The notes beneath the pieces were generated by a model. That model was not told where the DNA came from and did no database searches. It saw only the letters and a program-made list of their open reading frames with translations. From Candidatus Latescibacterota bacterium (GTDB taxonomy: Bacteria > Latescibacterota > UBA2968 > UBA8231), in NCBI GenBank assembly GCA_965203175.1, contig OZ241867.1:3008001-3072000 (forward strand): a DNA stretch of 64,000 nt, read 5' to 3'. Below, piece by piece: positions 56,140 to 64,000 of the stretch (position 1 is the stretch's first letter; each line of letters starts with the position of its first letter). Made by a program: the position numbers and the translations under genes.

Positions 56140-58311
56140 TCAGATATCCACACAGTGTATCACCGCCACCTCGCCGAACCCTAGCGTCAGCTTGAAGGCC
56201 CCGTCGTCGAGTGCGAGGTCTCGTTTCCCGAGCAGGTCGCGGGCCGCGCCTATCTGCCAGCGCGGTTGCACCCGCGTCCGCGCGGTGCGCTGTTCTACGT
56301 TGAGCGCGAAGATCAGCGACCCTCCCTGCCGAGAGCGGCGACGAAAGGCAACGACGCGGTCGCCGGTAATCGCAAACCACGGCTCGACGCTGGCGGTTGC
56401 CAGCAGCGCGACCGCTACCTCATCGTGGACCAGCCCCGCAGGTGCTGGTGCTCCAGGTTGCCCGGTCACTTGCGACGAGGCTGTAGCCGAGAGCGCAAAC
56501 CCGTACCAGGTAAAGCGCCCGTCGGCCGAGCGTACCCCAACCACTTCATCGCCGATGGTAGCGATGGGCGCAGTATCGCCTTGGGCTTCTAAGATTGAAT
56601 AGGTCGTCCCCGCCGGCAGGGCAAAAGTGCCACACTCCATCTGCACGACGTTTTTGCCAGCCCGAACATCGAAATCGGCGACGACATCAAAATCGGCGAT
56701 CCGGCAATCGATGAGATCACTGAGTCCCTCGGGGGGCTTGAAGCTCCAGTGGCCCTTGCCAGCAAAGGTGCCAAAGTGGCCGTCGGCTACGAGGTGGGGA
56801 CCGTTGGCTGCTTGCAGCAGACCGCGCAGGCGGGCGATGGCCACCTCGTCGAGGACCGCGAAGTGCGGTAGGTAAACTAGCACGTACTCGGACCAATCCA
56901 TCGCCGGGGTCACTAGGTCCATCGCCACGCTTTGTGCCCACAGGGTGCGGTAGAGCGCCCGGTGGTGCTGGATGAACTGGACTCCCTGGTCGTTAAAATC
57001 AAATGCATCGTCGCTTGGGCCGCTGTAGGCAATAGCTACATCGGCGCGCGGAATGGCCAGCGGCAGATGGTCAGCAATATGGTCGATCTGGGCGATAGTC
57101 GCCGTTGCCGCGTGGAGCCGCTCGGTCGGCTCGCCATCGAGTGCGGCGATGTTGAGTCCGGGTGCTTCGTAGGTCATGTACTCCGGCCGATACTGCCAGA
57201 ACATGGCCCCGGCACCGCCTTCGATCAGGGTCAGCCAGATATAGAGAGCTGACTCTCGGCCGAGGGTCTTCTTCTCGGTCGGATGCAGCCCGCCGACGAA
57301 GCTGCCGTAGATCTCCTCGTTCCACCATCGATTGTTGCGCCCCATGGCGCGGCACCATTGGAAGCCGTAGGCCTCGCAGGCGATGCTGTATGGCTCGTCG
57401 GTGGTCAGCCGATTGGACGAGTGGTGCGAAAGGCCCCAACTGTCGATTTGCGGACTGACCGTCTCGTGGTGAGGTGCTGGGTACGAGCCGCCGTGCGAGC
57501 GCTGCTCGTGCGTCCCATCGAGCCGGTCGATCAAGTCGGCCATCCAGCCTAAGTGATCGGCCATGTTTTCGCGATGGAACTGCAAGTACAGCCCCATCTC
57601 CACTGGCGCGGCTTTGCTGCGCGGCGCATCGACATCCTCCCACGAGCGGTAGCGACGCAGCAGCCGCTCATTGAGCTCGTCGAGCGTGTAGTTGCAGTAG
57701 AGCCAGTCCTTGTACTTGGCGATGGTGTAGTCGTTGTAGGGGGGATATGGCTCAGGGGCCGTCCACGCGCCGGCGTAGCCAATGCCGTCCCAAGTGCCCC
57801 AGACGCCCAAAGCTTCGTGATCCTTGTAACGCGGCACAAATTGGCGCAAATAGCGTTCGACATAGACTCGCCACATTGGGTGGTCGAAGTTGTGGGTCAT
57901 CGCTCCGTGTGCGGCGAACGCGCCGGTCGTATTTTGTTGCACACTACCGTCGCGGCGGACGACCCGCATGTCCGGATGGGAGCGCAGCATCCAGGCCGGG
58001 CAGGCCATGTGAGTGCCCAGCGGGGTATCGACCCAGACTTTTAGACCGTGTTGGGCAGCGAGGTCGAAGAGCCGGTCCAGGTCGTCGAATTCGTAGTGGT
58101 TGGGCAAGGTCTCGACCCAGTCCCAAGAGTACCAGACGCGGACGATGCTCATACCAGCGGCGCTAATCCGGCGAAAGTCCTCGTCCCAGTACTCCGGCGG
58201 CGGCACGGGCGGGCGGTAGTATTCGACGCCGACCGGAAAGGGCCGGTCGAATGCCTGATCGAGGGTTTTGTCGCGGCTGCGCAACTGCATCCATTGATCA
58301 CCGATGTGCAT
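56140..58311 (-). CDS. GH42-like beta-galactosidase family glycoside hydrolase
   Basis: GVEYY, WDEDF, YSWDWVE, PAW, MFWQYR, C-terminal trimerisation-like domain; no signal peptide. Confidence 0.8.
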   Translation of the reverse strand: MHIGDQWMQLRSRDKTLDQAFDRPFPVGVEYYRPPVPPPEYWDEDFRRISAAGMSIVRVWYSWDWVETLPNHYEFDDLDRLFDLAAQHGLKVWVDTPLGTHMACPAWMLRSHPDMRVVRRDGSVQQNTTGAFAAHGAMTHNFDHPMWRVYVERYLRQFVPRYKDHEALGVWGTWDGIGYAGAWTAPEPYPPYNDYTIAKYKDWLYCNYTLDELNERLLRRYRSWEDVDAPRSKAAPVEMGLYLQFHRENMADHLGWMADLIDRLDGTHEQRSHGGSYPAPHHETVSPQIDSWGLSHHSSNRLTTDEPYSIACEAYGFQWCRAMGRNNRWWNEEIYGSFVGGLHPTEKKTLGRESALYIWLTLIEGGAGAMFWQYRPEYMTYEAPGLNIAALDGEPTERLHAATATIAQIDHIADHLPLAIPRADVAIAYSGPSDDAFDFNDQGVQFIQHHRALYRTLWAQSVAMDLVTPAMDWSEYVLVYLPHFAVLDEVAIARLRGLLQAANGPHLVADGHFGTFAGKGHWSFKPPEGLSDLIDCRIADFDVVADFDVRAGKNVVQMECGTFALPAGTTYSILEAQGDTAPIATIGDEVVGVRSADGRFTWYGFALSATASSQVTGQPGAPAPAGLVHDEVAVALLATASVEPWFAITGDRVVAFRRRSRQGGSLIFALNVEQRTARTRVQPRWQIGAARDLLGKRDLALDDGAFKLTLGFGEVAVIHCVDI

Positions 58312-58320
58312 GGTAATCTC

Positions 58321-59409
58321 CTAGTGGTCCGCTACGCTAATCCGCAGCCAGCGGATGTTGTGAATGTGGTCCTCGCGGCACCAGAAGGCCGCTAGCACGT
58401 CGCCATCGGGCAGGCGCAAGAGGTTGGGAAAGCCAAAGTGCAGTTCGGCCAGCTCGGTAGCTGCGTCTCGCTCGCCAAGCATCCGCGATGCCGCGCCCTG
58501 CCACAGGGGAGCCTCTGCCAGATGGACCCACTCGTCGCCTTGTATCTGCGCGAGCACTGCCCACAGGCCAGCCGCATCGGTGCGGCGCGTCAGGCACAGG
58601 ACCCGGTCGCCGCCTAAGTGCAGCAACTTGGTCGTCTCGCCGGCGATTTCGGTCGAGCCACGGACGCTGAACGTTTTGCCGTCTGGCGCTATCGCGTAAG
58701 GCACCTTTATCAGGGTCTGGCCTACTACCGAGTTGAAAGGCCAAGCCACCGCGAGGAGCCGCCCGCCCTCCAATTCCACGAGACTGACCTCGTGGTAGAT
58801 CACCTCGCCTTGGGGATCGGCGAACAGCTCGATATATTCGGGCCAAGTCTGGCCTTGGTCGCCAGAGACCAACGCCAGGGTTTTGAGTCCGTCGGGTGCG
58901 GCCCCTTCCCAAGTCCGCAACAAGCCCGTGGGCAAGAGCAGTCGGCCATCGCCGGTCTCGACAAAGGCGTGGCAAACCTCGTAGGGAGCGGCCAGTGGCG
59001 GGTCGATCTCCTGCGGCCCTTGCCAGTGGGTCCCGTCGCGGCTGCGGAGCACGAACCAGTCGCCTTGCTCTACGCCGTACGTCTGGGGATTCCAGCCGCT
59101 GGTCTCGGGGTGGTGGCAATAGCTGCGTCGTCCCGCGCCGATCAAGGTTCCGTCGGCTAGGGTGCTGATGCGGACAGTGCGGCGAGCGGGCGCGGCAACG
59201 GGATCAGTGAAAAATGCCACCGGCTCGCTCCACGACTGTCCGCCATCAGTCGATCGCGCAAGATAGGTACAATAATCAAGGGCACCGATAGTCTCGCCCA
59301 AGTCGTAGGCGGCCAATAAGTCGCCGTTGGGCAATAGCGCTAGGGTTGGGTGCCAAGCGTGGAGCGTGGGATCGCGGTAGATGAGGCCAGTGGCGCGGAG
59401 TTCGATCAT
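58321..59409 (-). CDS. Sialidase-like (BNR/Asp-box) beta-propeller protein
   Basis: Asp-boxes RSTDGGQSW, RSRDGTHW, VSGDQGQTW; FGFP. Confidence 0.8.
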   Translation of the reverse strand: MIELRATGLIYRDPTLHAWHPTLALLPNGDLLAAYDLGETIGALDYCTYLARSTDGGQSWSEPVAFFTDPVAAPARRTVRISTLADGTLIGAGRRSYCHHPETSGWNPQTYGVEQGDWFVLRSRDGTHWQGPQEIDPPLAAPYEVCHAFVETGDGRLLLPTGLLRTWEGAAPDGLKTLALVSGDQGQTWPEYIELFADPQGEVIYHEVSLVELEGGRLLAVAWPFNSVVGQTLIKVPYAIAPDGKTFSVRGSTEIAGETTKLLHLGGDRVLCLTRRTDAAGLWAVLAQIQGDEWVHLAEAPLWQGAASRMLGERDAATELAELHFGFPNLLRLPDGDVLAAFWCREDHIHNIRWLRISVADH

Positions 59410-59497
59410 GGGGGTTCCTAAGGTGGGGTGATTGACCGGGGGAATAATACGGTTTTAGGTTTTTCGCACCAAATTTTAATACGCGGAGGATACACTC

Positions 59498-61057
59498 ATG
59501 CCCAAACCCCGCTTGATGTTTGAAAACGACTCGCGCCACACCTTGCTCTACATGTGTGAGCCACCCGTCGCGCGAGAAGGGTGCGAGGCTGCGGTCGATG
59601 AGCTGTTGGGAACGCCGATTGAGGCATTGGTTTTCAATCTCGGCTTCGGCAATGCCTTTTTGCACGACACCCAAGTGGCCGATCACTGGGGCCCAGAAAC
59701 GGCGGCTACCGCTCAGTTTCGGCCGGAGGACGACCACCATTGGGATCACCTCGTCTTCCAGCGCGCCTATCGCAATGCCCAGCAGTTCATCGCCGAGGGC
59801 CGCGATCTGCTGCACATCGTCTGCGACCGCGCTCGGGCCAAGGGACTGCTGATCTACCCCTCGCTCCAGGTGCAGGCCGACTTAGGCGAGGGCTTGCGGA
59901 TCAGCGATACCCAGTTGGCCGATTTTGCGCGACCAGAAGTCCGCGAGATGCGCTTTGCTCTGATTGAGGAAACCCTGCAAAACTATCCGGTGGATGGCTT
60001 TGAGCTCAACCTCAATCACTACGCTGGCGGTGCCTTCTTCCATCCAGACGACATGGAGCGCGGCCGGAGCATCTTTACCGACTGGCTCCAGCGCGTCCGC
60101 GAGGCCGTTAAGCAAAGCGGCCCCGACCGCGAGCTGGCCCTGCGCATCCCCACTAGTATCGTCGGTTGCCGGTCCCTTGGCCTGGACCCAGAAACGTGGA
60201 TCCGCGAGGGGATTGCCGATGTTTTGGTCGCGGAAAACTTTGCGTCTATGTTCCTGATTGACGCGACCGCGGATTTTCGGCCCCTGATCGCGGCGGCTCA
60301 AGACGCGGAGTGTCGAATCCACGGCGTCATCCGCAACAACGTGGATTCGGACCGGCTGGGCGCGGCTCCCATTGCCATGATACGCGCCGCTGCAACCAAT
60401 TACTGGGCGCAGGGCGTCGATGGGCTGAATTTGGTCCACTGGGCCGGCAATTGGCCGTACGGCCCATCTTTCTACGAACAACTCCGCGAACTGCCGCACC
60501 CGGACGTAATGGCGGTCAAAGACAAAATCTATGCGATCCCCACGCCCACCGGGCGTTCAGCCGCACAGCCGAAGACCGAGCCGGGATTCGTCATGCAGCT
60601 ACCGGCCTCGCTGTCGCTAGAGCAGCCCGTAGCACTAGAACTGCCGATCAGCGACGACTTGCCTCGCTGGGGTGCGGCCGGACGAGTCCACGAGGTTATC
60701 TTGCGGATACGGCTGATGCGCGCTACCGACCGCGACCGCCTCAGCTTCAAGCTGAACGGGGACGAGCTGCCAGCGCATCTTACGCGCAAGATCGACCACA
60801 TCTATCAAATGACTGCGCCGCGCTACCGCTCGCATTCGAGTTACTGGTTTGTCTTCCGGCTGGACGAGGCCCACTGGCCGGTGCAGGGAACCAACGTCGT
60901 AGAGGTCACTCTGCACGACCGCGACCCGGAGGCTACGCCGCTCATCTATGTGCGGGACGTGGAATTGGAGGTGCGCTATCTGCGCGGCAAGAGCACGTAT
61001 CGCGGTGTTCACAACACCGATCCGGACTTGGGGCCTTATGAGTGCGGTGTTACTTGA
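59498..61057 (+). CDS. Glycoside hydrolase-like TIM-barrel protein (GHL10/DUF187-like)
   Basis: DFARPEVRE, YPVDGFELN, GLDPETWIREG, YWAQGVDG; C-terminal beta-sandwich. Confidence 0.6.
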   Translation: MPKPRLMFENDSRHTLLYMCEPPVAREGCEAAVDELLGTPIEALVFNLGFGNAFLHDTQVADHWGPETAATAQFRPEDDHHWDHLVFQRAYRNAQQFIAEGRDLLHIVCDRARAKGLLIYPSLQVQADLGEGLRISDTQLADFARPEVREMRFALIEETLQNYPVDGFELNLNHYAGGAFFHPDDMERGRSIFTDWLQRVREAVKQSGPDRELALRIPTSIVGCRSLGLDPETWIREGIADVLVAENFASMFLIDATADFRPLIAAAQDAECRIHGVIRNNVDSDRLGAAPIAMIRAAATNYWAQGVDGLNLVHWAGNWPYGPSFYEQLRELPHPDVMAVKDKIYAIPTPTGRSAAQPKTEPGFVMQLPASLSLEQPVALELPISDDLPRWGAAGRVHEVILRIRLMRATDRDRLSFKLNGDELPAHLTRKIDHIYQMTAPRYRSHSSYWFVFRLDEAHWPVQGTNVVEVTLHDRDPEATPLIYVRDVELEVRYLRGKSTYRGVHNTDPDLGPYECGVT

Positions 61058-61148
61058 GGGAGCCGATGTTGGCGATGGAGGTTTTGAGCCTAAAACTTGA
61101 GTATGTAGATTTACCTTACCATTCCCCATTATAGAGAGGAGACCTGCC

Positions 61149-61823
61149 ATGCTACTCCGTATAGCTATTCTATGCATTCTATGGGTCTTGCCCGTCGCTG
61201 GTCAGGACGGACTGCTGGGCACTTGGAAACATAGTCAAGAAGGTATTGAGGGGTTCCGCTTTACTTGGATCGACACCCTAGAAAAGAAGACCTTTGAAAA
61301 CGCCACTGTTTTTTACGACACGGTGGCAGGCCAATCCTCCCGCCGCGTGACTTTCCGAGAAGACGGGACCGCCCACCTCAATTCCGTGAGGGTTTCTGAC
61401 CTCAGCTACCTCCCTGACGAATTGTTGACGGACTTAAAAGAACGGGGCCGCCTCTTCGACTCTAGGACCTACGACGGGATAGGTACTTGGCGTACTGCTG
61501 GCGACAGTCTGTGGATCGGATACGACGAATTCATCATGTATGAAGGCGATACTGAGATCCGGCTCTCCGAGTTTTCTGCTGAGGATTTTATTCGCGAGCA
61601 AGATGCTGGGGAAGAGATATCTGAGGAGGACCGCGCCGCCGTAGAAGCATTCTATTCCCATTTCTTCAACCTCACTAAAGAGCAAATGGAGTTCGCCGGC
61701 ACGTACCAGCTCGCAGGTGATAGTCTTTTTCTCACTTCTCTAGGCGTGGACGGTGCAGACCGCACCCGTGCGTACACTCGTACTACCGCTGTTACCGAAC
61801 CCACACCAGTTGAGGGACGCTGA
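61149..61823 (+). CDS. Secreted protein (lipocalin-like beta-barrel), C-terminal motif apparently decayed
   Basis: Signal peptide; LLGTWK, GTWRTAGDSL, GTYQLAGDSL; ends TTAVTEPTPVEGR*. Confidence 0.7.
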   Translation: MLLRIAILCILWVLPVAGQDGLLGTWKHSQEGIEGFRFTWIDTLEKKTFENATVFYDTVAGQSSRRVTFREDGTAHLNSVRVSDLSYLPDELLTDLKERGRLFDSRTYDGIGTWRTAGDSLWIGYDEFIMYEGDTEIRLSEFSAEDFIREQDAGEEISEEDRAAVEAFYSHFFNLTKEQMEFAGTYQLAGDSLFLTSLGVDGADRTRAYTRTTAVTEPTPVEGR

Positions 61824-61865
61824 AGGCCACGGTAAACATATCGGCCAATTAATACGGAGGGAATC

Positions 61866-62327
61866 ATGGCCAGCCATCTCGAAGACGTCGAGTACAAAGA
61901 CGGCAAAAAACACGGCCCTTGGGTGCTGTACTACGCCGACGGCGGCAAGCGGCGCGAAGGCGCTTTTGATATGGACAAAAAGACGGGCAAATGGGTCGAG
62001 TACCACAGAAACGGCCAACCCGCTAGTATCAATCACTACCGAGAGAACCAGCTTACCGGCGACCACGTAGCCTACTATGAAAACGGCAAACGGAAACAGG
62101 CCGGGCGATTCAATGAATACCGCGGCAAGAGCTCGGACGGGCGCAAGACGGGCACGTGGACCTTTTACGCCACGGACGGCGAGACGGTCTGGCGGCGCAT
62201 TACCTACAAAGACGGTCGCCGCAGCCGCGAGGACGAGCATCCCCTCGGCTTGTGCCCGGATTGCGACAAGCCGGTAGAATCGCCCGCGTGGGAACACTGT
62301 CCTCGCTGCGACTCCGAGTTGATCTAA
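61866..62327 (+). CDS. MORN-variant repeat (YwqK-like) protein with C-terminal CxxC...CxxC zinc ribbon
   Basis: KHGPWVLYYADG, KTGKWVEYHRNG, YYENG repeats; CPDC...CPRC. Confidence 0.75.
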   Translation: MASHLEDVEYKDGKKHGPWVLYYADGGKRREGAFDMDKKTGKWVEYHRNGQPASINHYRENQLTGDHVAYYENGKRKQAGRFNEYRGKSSDGRKTGTWTFYATDGETVWRRITYKDGRRSREDEHPLGLCPDCDKPVESPAWEHCPRCDSELI

Positions 62328-62352
62328 AGCTCATAGAGTGAGGTAAGCAGCA

Positions 62353-63162
62353 ATGGAATTGGTCCTACTGGAGGAGCAACAGCGCCGCTTCTTCGACGAC
62401 AACGGCTATCTGGTCGTCCCCGGGGCGCTGACGGAGCAAGAGGTGGCGCAGCTAACGACAGTGTGCGACCGGATGATCGATGAATTCGGACGTGAAGCAG
62501 ACCAATACTACGTTCAGCGGCGGCCGGGGATCGTACAAGAGAAAGTGTTTCACCCGCTGCTGACCCATTCTTCGACGGTACCGCTAGTGGTACAGTTGCT
62601 GTCGCCTAATATCCATCTGCATACCACGGCGATTATCTATAAATTCCCACAGGACGATGCCGGCGAAGGGACGCGGGGGTGGCATCGCGACATCGGCATG
62701 ACCGAAGATTTGGGCCATGAACGCATCGTCCGCGCTGGCATAAAAGTAGGCTATTGCCTCACGGATTTTCCCGCGCCGCAATCGGGTTTTACTATGTTTG
62801 CTCCCGGCTCGCATCTGCTGGCGACGCCGTTGCCCATTCCTCGGGGCCAAGTCGATCCAGAGGGAGCGGTGGATTTGTGTCTCAATGCTGGCGACGCCTT
62901 TTTGTTTGAGAACCGCGTCTTCCACACGGCGGCACCCAATGTAAGCCAGCGCACAGCGAAAGTGGTCATACTAGGCTACAGCTATCGCTGGATGGGAGGG
63001 CTACGAGATAATATGAACCTCGTCCAGCCGGGCGACGAGGTGCTGGATCAAGTAGATGATATTGGCAAGCAATTATTGGGGGGATCGAGCTATGGCTTGG
63101 TCGAATGGGCCCAAGAGAAAGGTATCGCCCCCGAGCCGATTGAGTGGACTAAACAGGTTTAA
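62353..63162 (+). CDS. Phytanoyl-CoA dioxygenase (PhyH) family 2OG-Fe(II) oxygenase
   Basis: FDDNGYLVVPGAL, WHRD, PGSH, GDAFLFENRVFH. Confidence 0.9.
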   Translation: MELVLLEEQQRRFFDDNGYLVVPGALTEQEVAQLTTVCDRMIDEFGREADQYYVQRRPGIVQEKVFHPLLTHSSTVPLVVQLLSPNIHLHTTAIIYKFPQDDAGEGTRGWHRDIGMTEDLGHERIVRAGIKVGYCLTDFPAPQSGFTMFAPGSHLLATPLPIPRGQVDPEGAVDLCLNAGDAFLFENRVFHTAAPNVSQRTAKVVILGYSYRWMGGLRDNMNLVQPGDEVLDQVDDIGKQLLGGSSYGLVEWAQEKGIAPEPIEWTKQV

Positions 63163-63183
63163 AGAATCGACAAGGAGAACGCC

Positions 63184-64000
63184 GTGAGCGAGCATAGTGC
63201 CGTACCCGTACCCATGACCGAAGAGCAGAAGTTTTTTTTCGACCTCCAAGGTTGGATTTTGTTACCCTCGGTACTGTCCGAAGCGGAAATCAAGGCGATG
63301 AAGGCCGAGGTGTACGACGGCGCTAAACAGGGCTATCAAGGTGCCTTGCAGGGACTGTTGGACCATCCGGCGGTGGTCGGCATTCTCACCGAAATCCTCG
63401 CCGAAGAGCCGTATCTCGGGGACGAGTACTACAGCTTCCGCTGTGAAAATTCCTTTATCACAGTGCGACACGCTGGCTGGAAAAGCACCGACAACGGGAC
63501 CGGACTGCCGCATGTGGTGCGGCCCCCGCAACAAGCCAATGCCATGCGCTACCAAGTGGCGGGGAACAAGATATTTTCCGGGCTGACGCGGGTGGTGTGG
63601 GAGCTTGAAGAAGTGAAAGCCGGCCAGGGGGGCACCACGTTTCTCTCCGGCTCGCACAAGGCCCATTTCAACTACGGCGGCCCCGACCCCAACCGGCCCA
63701 ATATAGGCGAATCGCCCTGGGAGGAACGCATGAGGGTGGCGATGGCCCAATATAGCTGCCCGCCCGGCTCGGCCATTGTCTTCACCGAAAGCCTGCTACA
63801 CGCAGCCAACGATTGGCGCAATTCAGACAATCCGCGCTGCGCCGTCTTCAATTGCTACAATTCCCTGTGGGCGCAATGGCACCGGCTCAGCCTCAGCCAT
63901 GAGGTCATCGAGGCCATGCCGCCCAAGCGCCGCTCGCTGTTCCGCGGCACGTGGCAAATAGGTGGTGAGAACCGTGCCTATTCGCTAGATAATCGTTCGG
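63184..64000 (+). CDS. PhyH-family dioxygenase-like protein, truncated by the window end
   Basis: Manual translation from GTG 63184 (AAGGAG RBS): MTEEQKFFFDLQGWILLPSVL...LLDHP...GGTTFLSGSHK...GSAIVFTESLLH...R; absent from the ORF track. Confidence 0.85.
   Translation, partial: MSEHSAVPVPMTEEQKFFFDLQGWILLPSVLSEAEIKAMKAEVYDGAKQGYQGALQGLLDHPAVVGILTEILAEEPYLGDEYYSFRCENSFITVRHAGWKSTDNGTGLPHVVRPPQQANAMRYQVAGNKIFSGLTRVVWELEEVKAGQGGTTFLSGSHKAHFNYGGPDPNRPNIGESPWEERMRVAMAQYSCPPGSAIVFTESLLHAANDWRNSDNPRCAVFNCYNSLWAQWHRLSLSHEVIEAMPPKRRSLFRGTWQIGGENRAYSLDNRS

Noticed and set aside
61866-62327. YwqK antitoxin of a toxin-antitoxin pair
   Set aside because: No adjacent toxin-like gene; MORN-variant repeats alone are not diagnostic.
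465-63961. Numerous overlapping alternative-frame and antisense ORFs in the six-frame track (e.g. 798..1622, 3427..4317, 39988..40908, 58337..59119)
   Set aside because: Arg/Pro/Ala-rich shadow ORFs typical of high-GC DNA, lying within well-supported genes.

Overview
GC-rich bacterial chromosome segment with about 46 protein-coding genes. I found no rRNA, tRNA, CRISPR array or transposase. Gene content (PorV-family barrel, FlgD-Ig/CHU_C-like C-terminal domains, (S/T)WGx(I/L/V)K C-termini, DUF4159, CRTAC1/TPR, PhyH and GH42 genes) suggests an uncultured FCB-group organism such as Latescibacterota; this is inference, not a database result. The flanks are metabolic: ilvBN, two M19 dipeptidases, an enolase-family enzyme, acyl-CoA synthetase, galU and larA on the left; aroA, an aldolase, glycoside hydrolases and PhyH dioxygenases on the right. 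The centre (about 13.9-53.6 kb) is almost all envelope or secreted proteins and looks like an undescribed T9SS-related surface-display/export locus. It has three paralogous large passengers sharing a C-terminal (N/V)PFTPNGD...WDGRD...PPG.Y...AY* domain, and three proteins with a second short C-terminal signal T(A/V/E)V-x3-(S/T)WG(R/K)(I/L/V)K; a fourth gene outside the locus (61.1-61.9 kb) carries a decayed out-of-frame copy of that signal. It also has a 916-aa putative barrel with a lipoprotein and PpiC foldase, two GT-C glycosyltransferases, and an operon porV-like / 1081-aa TPR / exbB / exbD / TonB-like SxxxH anchor fused to a DUF4159-like domain. All family assignments come from motif recognition by eye.
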